Part shown: positions 19,508-30,080 of the stretch, piece after piece
How the letters are laid out: each line of letters begins with the position of its first letter
How positions within the stretch are numbered: the stretch's first letter is position 1
Source of the DNA: Candidatus Azotimanducaceae bacterium
GTDB lineage: Bacteria; Pseudomonadota; Gammaproteobacteria; Pseudomonadales; Azotimanducaceae
Reading direction: 5' to 3'
Assembly: GCA_965200375.1 (NCBI GenBank)
Contig: OZ241353.1
Span: 1,153,797 to 1,217,796 of the forward strand
DNA: 64,000 bases
Made by a program: the position numbers and the translations under genes
Notes under the pieces: model-generated
Told to the model about the DNA's origin: nothing
Database searches by the model: none
The model's input: only the letters and a program-made list of their open reading frames with translations

Positions 19508-22285
19508 ATGACCATCGCCGGCAGTTTCGATCCGCACGCCATCGAGGGCGACCTGTACGCAAGCTGGGAACGCCAAGGCGCCTTCGCGCCGAGCGGCAAC
19601 GGCGCACCGTACTGCATCGCCATTCCGCCGCCGAACGTCACCGACCGCCTGCACATCGGCCACGCCTTCCAGCACACGCTGATGGACGCGCTGGTGCGCT
19701 ACCAGCGCATGAACGGGCGGCGGACGCTGTGGCAGACGGGCACGGACCACGCCCAGATCGCCACGCAGATGGTGGTGGAGCGGCAGCTTTCGGCCCAGGG
19801 CACCAGCCGCGAGGCATTGGGGCGCGACGGCTTCGTCGCCAAGGTGTGGGACTGGAAGCGCAGCACCGGCGGCAGCATCTCGCGGCAGATCCGGCGCATG
19901 GGCTCCTCCGTGGACTGGTCCCGGGAGCGGTTCACCATGGACGAGGGCTTCTCCCGGGCGGTGGCAGAGGTGTTCGTGCGCCTCTACGAGGACGGCCTCG
20001 TCTACCGTGGCCAGCGGCTGGTGAACTGGGACCCGGCGCTGCAAACCTCCATTTCCGATCTGGAAGTGAACAACGTCGAGGAACAAGGCCACCTGTGGCA
20101 CTTCCGCTATCCGCTCGCGGACGGTGCCCGCACCGCCGACGGCGAGGACCATCTGGTGGTCGCCACCACGCGCCCGGAAACCATGCTCGGCGACACCGCG
20201 GTGGCCGTTCATCCGGCAGACCCGCGCTACGCCGACGTCGTCGGCGCCACGGTGGCGCTGCCGCTGGTCGGACGCCGCATTCCGGTGGTGGCGGACGACT
20301 ATGTGGATCGGCAGTTCGGCTCCGGCTGCGTGAAGTTGACGCCGGCCCACGATTTCAACGACTACGCCCTGGGCGAGCGCCACGGCCTGCCGTTGGTGAA
20401 CGTCTTCCACGCCGACGCCACCGTCAACGACAACGCGCCGGCCGCCTACCGGGGCCTGGATCGATTCGCGGCGCGGCAGCGCGTGGTCGAGGCCATGCGC
20501 GCCGCCGGCCTGCTCGAACGCATCGAACCGCACACGCTGGTGGTGCCGCGGGGGGACCGTTCCGAGGCGGTGGTGGAACCGTGGCTGACGGACCAGTGGT
20601 TCGTGAAGATCGCGCCCCTCGCCGAACCCGCCATCGACGCCGTGCGCCGGGGCGCGGTGGAGTTCGTGCCCAAGCAGTACGAGAACATGTACTTCGCCTG
20701 GATGCGCGACATCCAGGACTGGTGCATCAGCCGCCAGCAGTGGTGGGGGCACCGGATTCCGGCCTGGTACGACGACGCCGGCAACGTCTACGTGGGGCGC
20801 ACCGAAGCGGAGGCCCGGGCCAAGGGCGGCCTGGCGGCGGACGTTCCCCTGCGCCAGGACGACGACGTGCTGGACACCTGGTTCTCCTCCGCGCTGTGGA
20901 CCTTCGGCACCCTCGGCTGGCCGGAGCGAACGCCGGAACTCGCCGCCTACCACCCCACCGATGTGCTGGTCACCGGCTACGACATCATCTTCTTCTGGGT
21001 GGCGCGGATGATCATGATGACGCTGCGCTTCACCGGCGAGGTGCCGTTCCGCAAGGTGTACATCCACGGCATGGTGCGCGACGCCGACGGGGCGAAGATG
21101 TCCAAGACCCGGGGCAACGGCCTGGATCCGATGGACCTCATCGACGGCGTCTCCACCGAGGAACTCGTCGCCAAGCGCACCGCCAACATGACCCAGCCGC
21201 GCATGGCCGAGGCCATCGCGGCCCGCACCCGCCGGGAGTACCCGGACGGCATCCCCGCCTACGGCACCGACGCCCTGCGCTTCACCTTCTGCGCCATGGC
21301 CTCCCAAGGGCGGGATCTGGCCTTCGATCTGAAGCGCATCGCCGGCTACCGCAACTTCTGCAACAAGCTGTGGAACGCCGCCCGGTTCGTGCAGCTGCAT
21401 GCCGCCCCGTGCCCGGAGCAGCGCTCGCCGACCACCCTGGGCCTTGCGGATCGGTGGATCCGCTCGCTGGCCGGCCAGCTCGCCGGGCAGGCCCACGAGG
21501 CGCTGGCCGCCTACCGCTTCGATCTCTACGCCAACGCCGTGTACGAGTTCGCTTGGCACGAATACTGCGACTGGTACCTGGAACTGGCCAAGCCGGTGCT
21601 GTTCGACCAGGCGGCATCCGCCGAACAGGCCCAGGCGGTGCGTTGGACGCTGCTCGAGGTGCTGGAGACGCTGCTGCGCATCGCCCACCCCATCGTGCCT
21701 TTCGTTACCGAGGCGCTGTGGTGCGCCGTCGCCCGGGACGGCAGCGGCGGCATGCTCGTGCAGCAGCCGTTCCCGGCCCCGGACGCTTGGCCGCAGGACG
21801 AAGAGGCGGAGGCCGCGATAGCCTGGCTGAAGGGCGTGGTGACTGCGGTGCGCAACATCCGCGGCGAACTGAACGTGAGCCCCGCCACCGAAGTGGAGTT
21901 GTTGCTCGCCGCCGGCGACGATCGGGACCGAACGCGCCTTGCGACCACCGAGGCCCTGCTTGGCCGCCTCGCCAAGGTGTCCGGCTGGCGCTGGCTGGGC
22001 ACCGGCGAGGAGGCGCCGCCGGCGGCGGTGCAGGTGGTGGACGGCCTGAAGGTGCTGGTGCCGCTGGCCGGCCTAGTGGACGTGGCTGCGGAACGGCAGC
22101 GTCTTGGCAAGGCGATTGACAAGCTGCGCAAGGAACTGGCGCGAACCGAGGCCAAGCTCGCCAACGGCAGCTTTCTGGCCAAGGCCCCGCCGGCGGTGGT
22201 GGCCAAGGAGCAGGCCAAGGGCGAGGCGCTGCGCCAGCGAACCGGCGTACTGCTGGCGGAGCGCAAGCGGCTGGACGCGCTGTAG
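19508..22285 (+). CDS. valS: Valine--tRNA ligase
   Basis: [15 protein letters not shown] (HIGH motif), KMSKTRGN (KMSKS motif) and a C-terminal coiled coil. 925 aa. Confidence 0.95.
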   Translation: MTIAGSFDPHAIEGDLYASWERQGAFAPSGNGAPYCIAIPPPNVTDRLHIGHAFQHTLMDALVRYQRMNGRRTLWQTGTDHAQIATQMVVERQLSAQGTSREALGRDGFVAKVWDWKRSTGGSISRQIRRMGSSVDWSRERFTMDEGFSRAVAEVFVRLYEDGLVYRGQRLVNWDPALQTSISDLEVNNVEEQGHLWHFRYPLADGARTADGEDHLVVATTRPETMLGDTAVAVHPADPRYADVVGATVALPLVGRRIPVVADDYVDRQFGSGCVKLTPAHDFNDYALGERHGLPLVNVFHADATVNDNAPAAYRGLDRFAARQRVVEAMRAAGLLERIEPHTLVVPRGDRSEAVVEPWLTDQWFVKIAPLAEPAIDAVRRGAVEFVPKQYENMYFAWMRDIQDWCISRQQWWGHRIPAWYDDAGNVYVGRTEAEARAKGGLAADVPLRQDDDVLDTWFSSALWTFGTLGWPERTPELAAYHPTDVLVTGYDIIFFWVARMIMMTLRFTGEVPFRKVYIHGMVRDADGAKMSKTRGNGLDPMDLIDGVSTEELVAKRTANMTQPRMAEAIAARTRREYPDGIPAYGTDALRFTFCAMASQGRDLAFDLKRIAGYRNFCNKLWNAARFVQLHAAPCPEQRSPTTLGLADRWIRSLAGQLAGQAHEALAAYRFDLYANAVYEFAWHEYCDWYLELAKPVLFDQAASAEQAQAVRWTLLEVLETLLRIAHPIVPFVTEALWCAVARDGSGGMLVQQPFPAPDAWPQDEEAEAAIAWLKGVVTAVRNIRGELNVSPATEVELLLAAGDDRDRTRLATTEALLGRLAKVSGWRWLGTGEEAPPAAVQVVDGLKVLVPLAGLVDVAAERQRLGKAIDKLRKELARTEAKLANGSFLAKAPPAVVAKEQAKGEALRQRTGVLLAERKRLDAL

Positions 22286-22329
22286 GCCGAGCAGCAGGAC
22301 GAACTTCGGACAAACGACCGGAGGCGGAA

Positions 22330-23283
22330 ATGGAAACGCCCATCGGCGACGAACTGCGGGTATTCGCTGGCGGCTCGAACCCGGATCTGGCCGACGAGAT
22401 CTGCGCTTGCCTTGCCATCGAACGCAGCAGCCTGACGACGTCGCGGTTCTCCAACGACAACCTCTCGGTGCAGATCGACGAGAACGTGCGCGAGCGGGAC
22501 GTGTTCGTGCTCCAGGCGCTGACGGAGCCGGCCAGCGACCGCATCGTGGAGCTCCTGATCACGCTCGATGCCCTGCGCAGCGCCTCGGCCCGCCGCATCA
22601 CGGCCGTCGTCCCGTACTTCTCCTATGCCCGGTCGGACAAGAAGGACGCGCCGCGCATCTCCATCGCCGGGCGGCTGATCGCGGACCTCCTGAAAACCGC
22701 CGGCGCCAACCGGGTGCTGACCATGGACCTGCATGCCGAGCAGGTACACGGCTTCTTCAGCATTCCGGTGGACCATCTGACGGCCATTCCCATCGTCGCC
22801 GAACACGTCGCCGAGACCTGCGACATGGCCAACGCCGTGGTGGTGGCCAGCGACGCCGGCGGCGCCAAGCGGGCCGGCAAGTTCGCGACCCTGCTGGGCC
22901 TGCCGCTGGCGATCATCGACAAGCGCCGGGTGAGCGACACCGAAGTGCGCCAGGGGCATGTGGTGGGCGACGTGGTCCGCAAGGACGCCATCGTGTTCGA
23001 GGACGAAATCGCCACCGGCGGCACTTTGGTGGAGACCGCCCGCACCCTCGACGCCGCCGGCGCTGGGCGCGTCTTCGCCGGTGCCACCCACGGCGTGCTG
23101 GTTGGCGAAGCCGTGGCGCGGCTCGAGGACTCGCCCATCGAATCCTTGACGGTGACCAACACCGTGGCCGTGCCGCCGGCCAAGCGCACGGCCAAGATGA
23201 CGGTGCTCTCGGTGGCGCCGCTGATGGCGGAGGCCATCCGTCGCATCCACACCGGCGAGAGCGTGGGGGCGCTGTTCGCCTGA
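22330..23283 (+). CDS. prs: Ribose-phosphate pyrophosphokinase
   Basis: LRVFAGGSNPDLADEIC..., VVVASDAGGAKRA, and DKRR...V.GDV..KDAIVFEDEIATGGTL PRPP-binding loop. Confidence 0.9.
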   Translation: METPIGDELRVFAGGSNPDLADEICACLAIERSSLTTSRFSNDNLSVQIDENVRERDVFVLQALTEPASDRIVELLITLDALRSASARRITAVVPYFSYARSDKKDAPRISIAGRLIADLLKTAGANRVLTMDLHAEQVHGFFSIPVDHLTAIPIVAEHVAETCDMANAVVVASDAGGAKRAGKFATLLGLPLAIIDKRRVSDTEVRQGHVVGDVVRKDAIVFEDEIATGGTLVETARTLDAAGAGRVFAGATHGVLVGEAVARLEDSPIESLTVTNTVAVPPAKRTAKMTVLSVAPLMAEAIRRIHTGESVGALFA

Positions 23284-23521
23284 CGGGCTGGCGGTGCCGC
23301 TTCTTCTTGGGTCTCAAGCGCCGGCGTACCGCGGAACGACGTAGAGGCCTTCCGGTATGACCGGCGGTCCACAGCATCAACCACCTCGAGCAGCCGCTAC
23401 TCTGAGGGGAGCTCTTCCGGTATGCTGGAACTGAGCAAGGAAGGCCGCAAGGAGGCCAGCGTCAGGTGCGAAGGACTGACAGAGAGATCTTGCGGATGCC
23501 GTAGACGTCGCCATCGCTACG

Positions 23522-24424
23522 GTGGCGCAAGAGCAATACAACCGCCTTAGTGAAGGAAGGTCGGTTGAGGAAATTGCCCGGTGCGTCGAGCTCGCCATGA
23601 GCTCGTTGCTCAACCTTGGCCGAGGAATCTCGCCGAAGTACGACGAATGGGATGCTCTTCTCTACCTGACTTGGTATCAGCCTCGCCAAGTCAATTTGGC
23701 ACTGGCGCTTGCTTGGCCCTTTAGGGAGCAACCACAGCCGCTACACATCATCGATCTGGGATGTGGTTCGATGGCGATGGCGATGGCGATCGCGATAGCA
23801 GTAGCGGAGAGCGAATTGTCGGAGGAGGATGTCCACATCGAGCTGCATGGAATCGACCCAAGTGAAGCGATGACAGCCATTGGCTTGCGCCTATGGCGCA
23901 CGTTCTCATCCATTGTTCGAAGTCGCCCTAGGATCAGAATGGCTTGCGAGCGAACTCAAGAGTGGATGGGCACTTGGAGGAGCTTGGAGAAATATTATGA
24001 GTCGGGTCGTGCGCACAAAGGATGGATATATCCAAGCCCTAACTGTTGGCTCCTGGCTGTCCACGCCATTTATGCGTCGAACTGGTCCGATTTGCAAAGC
24101 GCCTTCAGATTGATTCGCAAGCGATCAGACCCGTGTTACGAAGTGGTTACATGCCACACAGTCGGCTACGAGGAGGCCCGTTTAGTAGGTCGATCGGATG
24201 CAAGAGAAAGGCGGCTACTGAAGCAGAGCTTCTACTTCTCCGGCGACCTCTGTCGCACAACATCTTGGCGCCGACAACTGGCGGATCGACTGTTCCCCGC
24301 GGGGATTTCACGCACGCGGACGTCCGTTCCTGTACGGAAACTCCTATATAGACCTGTGCCTTGGAGCACGCCACAGCAAGACGACAGGTGCATCATGTGG
24401 TACTACTCTTGGGAGCCAACATGA
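23522..24424 (+). CDS. Hypothetical protein, possible class I SAM-dependent methyltransferase
   Basis: Lower-GC ORF with a GTG start in the track. HIIDLGCGSMAM resembles SAM-binding motif I. Its stop overlaps the ATG of the next gene (ATGA at 24421). Confidence 0.45.
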   Translation: MAQEQYNRLSEGRSVEEIARCVELAMSSLLNLGRGISPKYDEWDALLYLTWYQPRQVNLALALAWPFREQPQPLHIIDLGCGSMAMAMAIAIAVAESELSEEDVHIELHGIDPSEAMTAIGLRLWRTFSSIVRSRPRIRMACERTQEWMGTWRSLEKYYESGRAHKGWIYPSPNCWLLAVHAIYASNWSDLQSAFRLIRKRSDPCYEVVTCHTVGYEEARLVGRSDARERRLLKQSFYFSGDLCRTTSWRRQLADRLFPAGISRTRTSVPVRKLLYRPVPWSTPQQDDRCIMWYYSWEPT

Positions 24425-25334
24425 CTGTGCCGGTCGAGACGATGTCACTCTTGGAGCTCCCTACCGTCGAGCGTCAAGGCAAACCAGATCGAATTGGTCG
24501 CGTGGCAGTCCAATACACACCGGTACGTGAGCTCCTAACACGAGCGACGGGATTCATGGATGCCTACGACTTCACGCTTAATCCCTACGCTGGCTGTTCC
24601 TTCGGCTGCACCTACTGCTATGCGGCGTTCTTCGCGCACAGTCCAAAGAAGCGCAACAGTTGGGGACAGTGGGTCACAGTGAAGGAGAATGCTATTGAGT
24701 GCCTTCTAAGGGGGCGTCGGCACCTTGATGGGAAGCTGATATACATGAGCAGCGTGACGGACCCCTATCAGCCCATAGAACGGAAGTTGAGGTTGACACG
24801 CGCTATATTGGAAATACTGGCCAGCCACCAGGGGCTGAAGTTGGTCGTTCAGACGCGGAGCCCTGACGTTGTGCAGGACGTGGACCTTTTACGGCGCATC
24901 GTAGCCAATGGTGGGCACGTTCAAGTTAACCTCACAGTGACTACCGATGACGAGGAAATTCGCCGCACCTTCGAGCCGTACTGCCCGAGCAACCGCGTTC
25001 GTCTGGAGGCGGCTACCGATCTGCAGGCGTCAGGTGTCAGAACCTGTGTCACGATGACGCCTTTGCTGCTTGTGCGCGATGCGGCTGGTTCGCGGACAGC
25101 CTCTTGGGTACAGGGGTGGAGCATTTTATCGTGCAACCGTTTCACTTCCAGAGGGGCAAGTTCCTCGCGGGAACGCGTGACGCTGCTCTTGGACTGATGG
25201 CGGGGAAACTTGCGAGCCCGCGAGAGACCTTTCGACAGGCGTATCTGGAACACTACGAACGCGTACGGAATGTTCTGCGCAATCGCCTGCCAAGTCTAGG
25301 GGAGGGAAAGGACGGCTTCCAACCGCCCTTCTAA
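24421..25334 (+). pseudogene. SplB-like radical SAM protein (DNA photolyase-like, COG1533-type), single frameshift near 25083-25086
   Basis: NPYAGCSFGCTYCYA carries the CxxxCxxC cluster, followed by SSVTDPYQPIE. The C-terminal part continues in another frame (ORF 25104..25334: GTGVEHFIVQPFHFQRGKFLAGTRD), and that frame is open back to about 25020. Confidence 0.6.
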
Positions 25335-25901
25335 TTTGACAGACACAGTAGAGTATCGCCAGCGTCGATGCCAGCCGCATGCAGTGTCTCCAGTCCCACT
25401 CGCAGCCAAGGGTGTGCGCCTTGGGTGCGAGTGGTTGGGAGCGTTGCCGGAAGGAGGTGTCGTCGGCGCTGTCGTCGGAGTGCCGGGAGCTGGCGTTGCG
25501 GCTGGCGGCCGGGATCAAAGGCGGCCGAGGAGGCACTGCGGCGGGCGTCGGCCGGTGGCCTGTGGGAAGTGCGACGAGGCGATGCGGCGCCGGTCAAGGC
25601 GAGATCGTTGACCGGGGTACGCGAAGGGAGTATTTGTGGGAAGCGGCAAGGTGCGCCACGGCCGTGGCACGGCACTGTGCGTCCAAGTGGTCGCTGCGGG
25701 TCTGCGGGGCGCTGGAGGCGGGCGGGCGTCGACGAACGTGCTGGCACCACACGGAGACCTGCGAGGAGGCCGGTCGGTGCATCGGCGGCATGAGGCTCAT
25801 GTTCCCCAAACGTCGCTCGCCCCGCAGCCGAAGTTCGCCGAAACGCCGCTCTAACTTGTGTGACAGACGCCTATCGAAGACTGCCCCTAGACCGGCCTTT
25901 G

Positions 25902-27191
25902 TCAACACCTAGGCGCAACGTAGCGTGGAACCACGTAGGGGCCCTCGGGTATGACCGCCACCGCCTTGTCGCCAGCGGCGGCCACGCTGCGGCGCACGGC
26001 GTCCGCCACGGATTCGATGCACTCGACTCCCGCCAAGGCGCGGTCCGCGGCATCCAGATCGCTCTTGAGCTGTATCCGCGCCGCCTGCTGCGCCTTGATC
26101 TGCATCTGGCTCTCCCACTCGTCGATGTCCGCGAGCGGCTTGCCGTGCAGAGATTCGAGGAAGCGCTCCGGGCCCTCGGCCGCCAACCGCTGCTGGCAGG
26201 CGCGATAGGCGTGTGACCCCAGCCCCTCGGCGCAGCCGGCCGCCAGCACCAGCGTGGCGTCTTCCGCCAGGATGTCCAATGGCGTCGCCATGCCCTTCAC
26301 CGCCTGGTAGTAGGTGCGGTCCAGCGGGTCGCCGGCGGCGGAAGTAACCACGGTAGCGAACCGGCGCGGCACCGGCACCGTGAGGTAGTCCTCGGCGAAG
26401 GCCACCGCTTCGAGGTGGCTGGCGACGATCTCCCCGAAGTTGACGAAGGACAGCCGCCGCCACTCGTCGATCACGGTGTTGACGGCGAAGGTCTCCCCCA
26501 GGAGCTTCAGGATCGCCAGCTGTTCTTCGTGCAGAGGATTGCCGGCCAGCCGGCAGGGCGCGACGTTCGGGTGCGCCATGAACTCGGCGTTGTGGAAGGT
26601 GCGGATCGTGTCCGCGTGGGCGATGCCCGGCGCCACTACCTTGCGCCCGCCGGAGTAGCCAGCCATGAAGTGCGGCTCCACTAGCCCGGTGACGATGCGC
26701 ACGTCCGCCTCCACGAACCGCCGGTCCAGCTTCGCCGGCACGCCCCGGCATGGCGTGGCCCCGAGGTCGACGTGGGCGTCGTCGTCCCGGGCATCGTGGT
26801 TGGCCACGCGCACATTGCCAAGCACCCAGGGATCGTCGATCAGCGCCGCCAGCTCCGCCCCTTCATTGGGCCGGTGCAGGCCGGTGGCCACCAGCAGCGT
26901 GACGTTGCCAGCGTCGATGCCAGCCGTAAGCAGCGTTTCCACCAGCGGCCGCAGCAGCAGACTGTTCGGCACCGGCCGAGTGACATCGCACACCAGGATG
27001 CATGCGCTGCGCTTGCCGGCCGCGACGGCCGCCAGCGGCGGCGACCCCACGGGGTGCTCCAAGGCGCCGCGGACCGCGGCGGCGGGGTTCGCGAGCACTG
27101 GCATCGGCGGCTTGGCGACGATGGTGACATCCAGATCGTCGCCGAACTCTACGGGCAGGCGGCCTCGACCGTATAGAAGCTCGACGATCAT
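25902..27191 (-). CDS. LarA-family (DUF2088) nickel-dependent racemase-like protein
   Basis: MIVELLYGRGRLPVEFGDDLDVTIV N-terminus and DUF2088-like body (LVATGLHRP, HFMAGYSGGRK). Start was chosen at the internal M, supported by the duplicated fragment at 28897. Confidence 0.75.
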   Translation of the reverse strand: MIVELLYGRGRLPVEFGDDLDVTIVAKPPMPVLANPAAAVRGALEHPVGSPPLAAVAAGKRSACILVCDVTRPVPNSLLLRPLVETLLTAGIDAGNVTLLVATGLHRPNEGAELAALIDDPWVLGNVRVANHDARDDDAHVDLGATPCRGVPAKLDRRFVEADVRIVTGLVEPHFMAGYSGGRKVVAPGIAHADTIRTFHNAEFMAHPNVAPCRLAGNPLHEEQLAILKLLGETFAVNTVIDEWRRLSFVNFGEIVASHLEAVAFAEDYLTVPVPRRFATVVTSAAGDPLDRTYYQAVKGMATPLDILAEDATLVLAAGCAEGLGSHAYRACQQRLAAEGPERFLESLHGKPLADIDEWESQMQIKAQQAARIQLKSDLDAADRALAGVECIESVADAVRRSVAAAGDKAVAVIPEGPYVVPRYVAPRC

Positions 27192-27329
27192 GACGACCGC
27201 CATGTTAGGATGGCGCGGCCTCGTGGTCGAGGGTACGCTGTCTTGTTCGTCACCACCCAAGGCTCCGGGCCTCGTCAGTTCTCGTCGGCTTCGCGGACCA
27301 GTCGCGTCTCGGCGGCGCTATTCGGTCTG

Positions 27330-28238
27330 ATGATGGCGTATCTCGCCCAGTTCGCGTTAGGTGCGATTCCCAGCGACGGGTTCGATTGGGTGTCATCTTT
27401 TGAAACGCGTGTGTCGCAGTTGCGCCAGGCCGCCGAGCAGGGCGACGCCGATGCCCAAACAGCCCTGGCAACCGAGTACTTTGTCGGGTTGAGCGTTCCC
27501 CAGCACTTCGGCCGAGGTGCGCTCTGGTTCCGCAGGGCCGCCGAGCAGGATCACACGCCTGCCCAATACCTCTTGGGACGGCTGTACCTCAACGGGCGAG
27601 GAGTTCCCCAGGACGATGGCGAGGCCGCGCGCTGGCTCCGCAGGGCCGCCGAGCAGGATCACACGCCTGCCCAATACCTCTTGGGACGGCTGTACCTCAA
27701 CGGGCGAGGAGTTCCCCAGGACGATGGCGAGGCCGCGCGCTGGCTCCGCAGGGCCGCCGAGCAGGACGACCCGGATGCCCAATCCGCCTTGGCAAACGCG
27801 TACTTGGTCGGGCGAGGCGTTGCCAAGGACTACGGCGAGGCCGCGCTCTGGTTCCGCAGGGCCGCCGAGCAGGATGACGCGGATGCCCAGTTCGAGCTAG
27901 GAGTAGCTTACGTCTACGGGCGAGGCGTTCCCCAAGACTACAGCAAGGGCGTGCGCTGGTTCCGCAGGGCCGCCGACCAGGGCCACGCGGATGCCCAAGT
28001 CCTCTTGGGATTGTCGTACCTCAGCGGGCGAGGCGTTGCACAGGACTACGGCGAGGGCGCGCGCTGGCTCCGCAGGGCTGCGGAGCAGGGCCACGCGGAA
28101 GCCCAATATCGACTAGGGATCGTGTACGCCAACGAGGGCGTTCCCGAGGACGACGTTCAAGCCTACGTCTGGTTCAATCTGGCGCACAAGGACACAGAGA
28201 AGCGGGGCTACGCCGCGAGCTACAAGCACGCCACATGA
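27330..28238 (+). CDS. Sel1-repeat (SLR/TPR-like) protein
   Basis: Repeated units of A.W(F/L)RRAAEQ(G/D).. AQ..LG..Y..GRGV.QD, about 7 copies. Start was chosen at ATG 27330 to avoid overlap with larA. Confidence 0.8.
   Translation: MMAYLAQFALGAIPSDGFDWVSSFETRVSQLRQAAEQGDADAQTALATEYFVGLSVPQHFGRGALWFRRAAEQDHTPAQYLLGRLYLNGRGVPQDDGEAARWLRRAAEQDHTPAQYLLGRLYLNGRGVPQDDGEAARWLRRAAEQDDPDAQSALANAYLVGRGVAKDYGEAALWFRRAAEQDDADAQFELGVAYVYGRGVPQDYSKGVRWFRRAADQGHADAQVLLGLSYLSGRGVAQDYGEGARWLRRAAEQGHAEAQYRLGIVYANEGVPEDDVQAYVWFNLAHKDTEKRGYAASYKHAT
27531..27746 (+). repeat. Perfect 108-bp tandem duplication (2 copies) inside the Sel1-repeat gene
   Basis: 27531-27638 is identical base for base to 27639-27746, and the next ~20 nt start a third, diverging copy. 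The duplication is in frame (36 codons, one Sel1 unit). Confidence 0.9.
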
Positions 28239-28469
28239 GTTCGGACCAGATTGCCGAGGCTCAGGACCTCAGTCTGCAGACTGCTGGAAGGATCGCGGAG
28301 ACCGACCAAGAATCGAGACCGATTTCCTCAGCGCGTCTTGCCACGCCGCGCGACGGCGCCTCGGAGGCCGAAGGCCCCGGGCTCCCGTCTGAGGACGCGC
28401 TCTCCACCGATGCCGCGTATAGGATTCCATGAGACTGAGATAGGCGCAAGTCACGCCTTGCGAAGGGCG

Positions 28470-28897
28470 GCTACCCCCAATAGCCAGACAGGCGGCGGAG
28501 TTGCACTTGCGGTTGCGCGCCTGGTCTTCGTCCATCGTCACGTCGAGCCCCAGTGCAGACCGTTCTCGATCGCCCAGTGGGAGCGGACGACGCGACCGAA
28601 GCGCTCGGCCGAGAGTTTGGCGCTGAGCAGATGGCAGCGGGTGTCGATGCTCTCCGCGCCGTCGGCGAGATGCCGTTCGGCGACCACCTTGCCAATGGCC
28701 GAAAGGCCGGGCCAGTCGTGCCGCTCTTGCAGGCAGTCGACGTCCTGGCAGACCGTCGCGGTGCGCCTCTCGTGCCGCCCGTGGCCCTGGCCGACCTGTT
28801 GATGCGACGGCAGTTCCGCCGACTCCGCGGGGTTGTCCAGATCGTCCCCGACGGGCACGGGCAGATGGCCGGAGCCGTAGAGGGACTCGACGATCAT
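28470..28897 (-). mobile_element. Remnant: larA-like N-terminal fragment fused to the C-terminal end of an ISAs1-family transposase (frameshifted, truncated)
   Basis: MIVESLYGSGHLPVPVGDDLD duplicates the larA start. Next come DWPGLSAIGKVV...RSHWAIENGLHW, the HWxIENxLHW hallmark. A shifted frame then reads (V)TMDEDQARNRKCNSAA. Confidence 0.65.
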
Positions 28898-28915
28898 GCA
28901 GGCATGCGATGGAGG

Positions 28916-29926
28916 TCAGCGGCGACGGCCGATCTCTCGCAGCAGTTCGCCACCCGTCGCGCAGCGCACTATCGCCTCGCCCACCTCCATCAAGCGCTGC
29001 GGGTCCGCCTCGGTCGCTATTGCCGCCGCCAGACGATCCGCCGTGGCCGAGTCGAACCGCACCGCCGCCAAGCGGCGCAGCAACTGCCGCTCGTGCTCCA
29101 TGCCCCGCTCGCGGCCCAGGCTGATGCCCTCTTCACGGCCTTGCTCGATGTAGGGCTTCGGCCACTCCGCCACGCGTTGCTCCAAACTCACCGCCATGTC
29201 CTCCAAGTCCAAGTATTCGGACGGCCTCAGTGATCGATCGCCGCCGCCTAGACGCTGCCCCAGAGCCCAGAGCCAGTGCGCGAACGTCCGCCTCAGCTCG
29301 CCTTGGCCGGCACCGCCCAGCCGTGCCGCCAGCCGCCGTGCCGTCCGCGCCAAGTCCGCGGCTGAACGGCTCTGTTCCAGCTGCGCCACCGCCCACGTCA
29401 GCCCGCGCAGCTTGAAGTCTCCCGCCCGCGCCCGCTGTTCGTCAAGGACGAAGTAGCGCTGCGACGGCTGGTACGGCGCCAGCACTGACGGCGGCACGGC
29501 GATCAAGTCGCGCATCTCGGTGGCCGGCCCCCAAGGCGAGTCGCCGTTGTACAGCACCACCGGCAGCACTGGCGGCAGTGCGCCAGGTGCGACGCCGCGG
29601 CGCAGCAGGTCGCCGTAAAGCAGAGCCGTGTACTCCAACACCCGCAGCGCCATGGCCGCGTCGGTTGTGGATTGGAACTCGAGCATTACCAAGACATGCA
29701 GCCAGCCGCCAGCGGCGCCCCGGACGCGCAGCCGCCAAGCCGTGTCGCCACGCCGTTGTTGGAAGACGTCGCCGACGTATTCCGCGGATAGCTTCTCGAG
29801 CGTGCCGTAGTCCGCACCGAGTTCGGCGTCGGCGAACAGGCTGCAGAGCAGGTCCTCCACCATCCGGGGGAAGGCGTAGAGACGCTTGTAGACGGAGTCG
29901 CTGCTGGGCGGTAACGGGTCGTCCAT
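28916..29926 (-). CDS. Rpn-family recombination-promoting nuclease / putative transposase (PD-(D/E)XK, YhgA-like)
   Basis: SDSVYKRLYAFPRMVEDLL..., DTAWRL...HVLVMLEFQSTTDAAMALRVLEY core, and a C-terminal DUF4351-like tail. Start at internal ATG 29926 (MDDPLPP). Confidence 0.7.
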   Translation of the reverse strand: MDDPLPPSSDSVYKRLYAFPRMVEDLLCSLFADAELGADYGTLEKLSAEYVGDVFQQRRGDTAWRLRVRGAAGGWLHVLVMLEFQSTTDAAMALRVLEYTALLYGDLLRRGVAPGALPPVLPVVLYNGDSPWGPATEMRDLIAVPPSVLAPYQPSQRYFVLDEQRARAGDFKLRGLTWAVAQLEQSRSAADLARTARRLAARLGGAGQGELRRTFAHWLWALGQRLGGGDRSLRPSEYLDLEDMAVSLEQRVAEWPKPYIEQGREEGISLGRERGMEHERQLLRRLAAVRFDSATADRLAAAIATEADPQRLMEVGEAIVRCATGGELLREIGRRR

Positions 29927-30080
29927 GGCGAACACGCTAGCGCGCCGCGGCTGGCAGCACGGTGCGCTGTCGCCCCGGAGTGCCGTGGGAAATCGCTGCT
30001 TCGTGGTCCCTGTACTCGCCCCAGTGGGACGTAAGACTTGTCGCACTCCGTCCCGTCGCTGCCGATGTATGCTTGTACAC

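Noticed and set aside
17521-23250. Minus-strand ORFs 17521..19677, 19448..21688 and 21526..23250
   Set aside because: They are antisense to pepA, holC, valS and prs, which all have unambiguous signatures. These are shadow frames.
25666-25682. TGGCACGGCACTGTGCG as a second sigma-54 promoter
   Set aside because: The GC of the -12 element is displaced by one nucleotide relative to GG, there is no TTGC, and no downstream gene exists in the right orientation.
27330-28238. Regular ~108-bp periodic repeats as a possible CRISPR array
   Set aside because: The repeats are contiguous coding Sel1 units in one open frame. There are no unique spacers and no cas genes.
28235-28432. 65-aa ORF overlapping the Sel1 gene stop
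   Set aside because: It has no SD and no motif, and it lies in the region that precedes the IS remnant. This is insufficient support.
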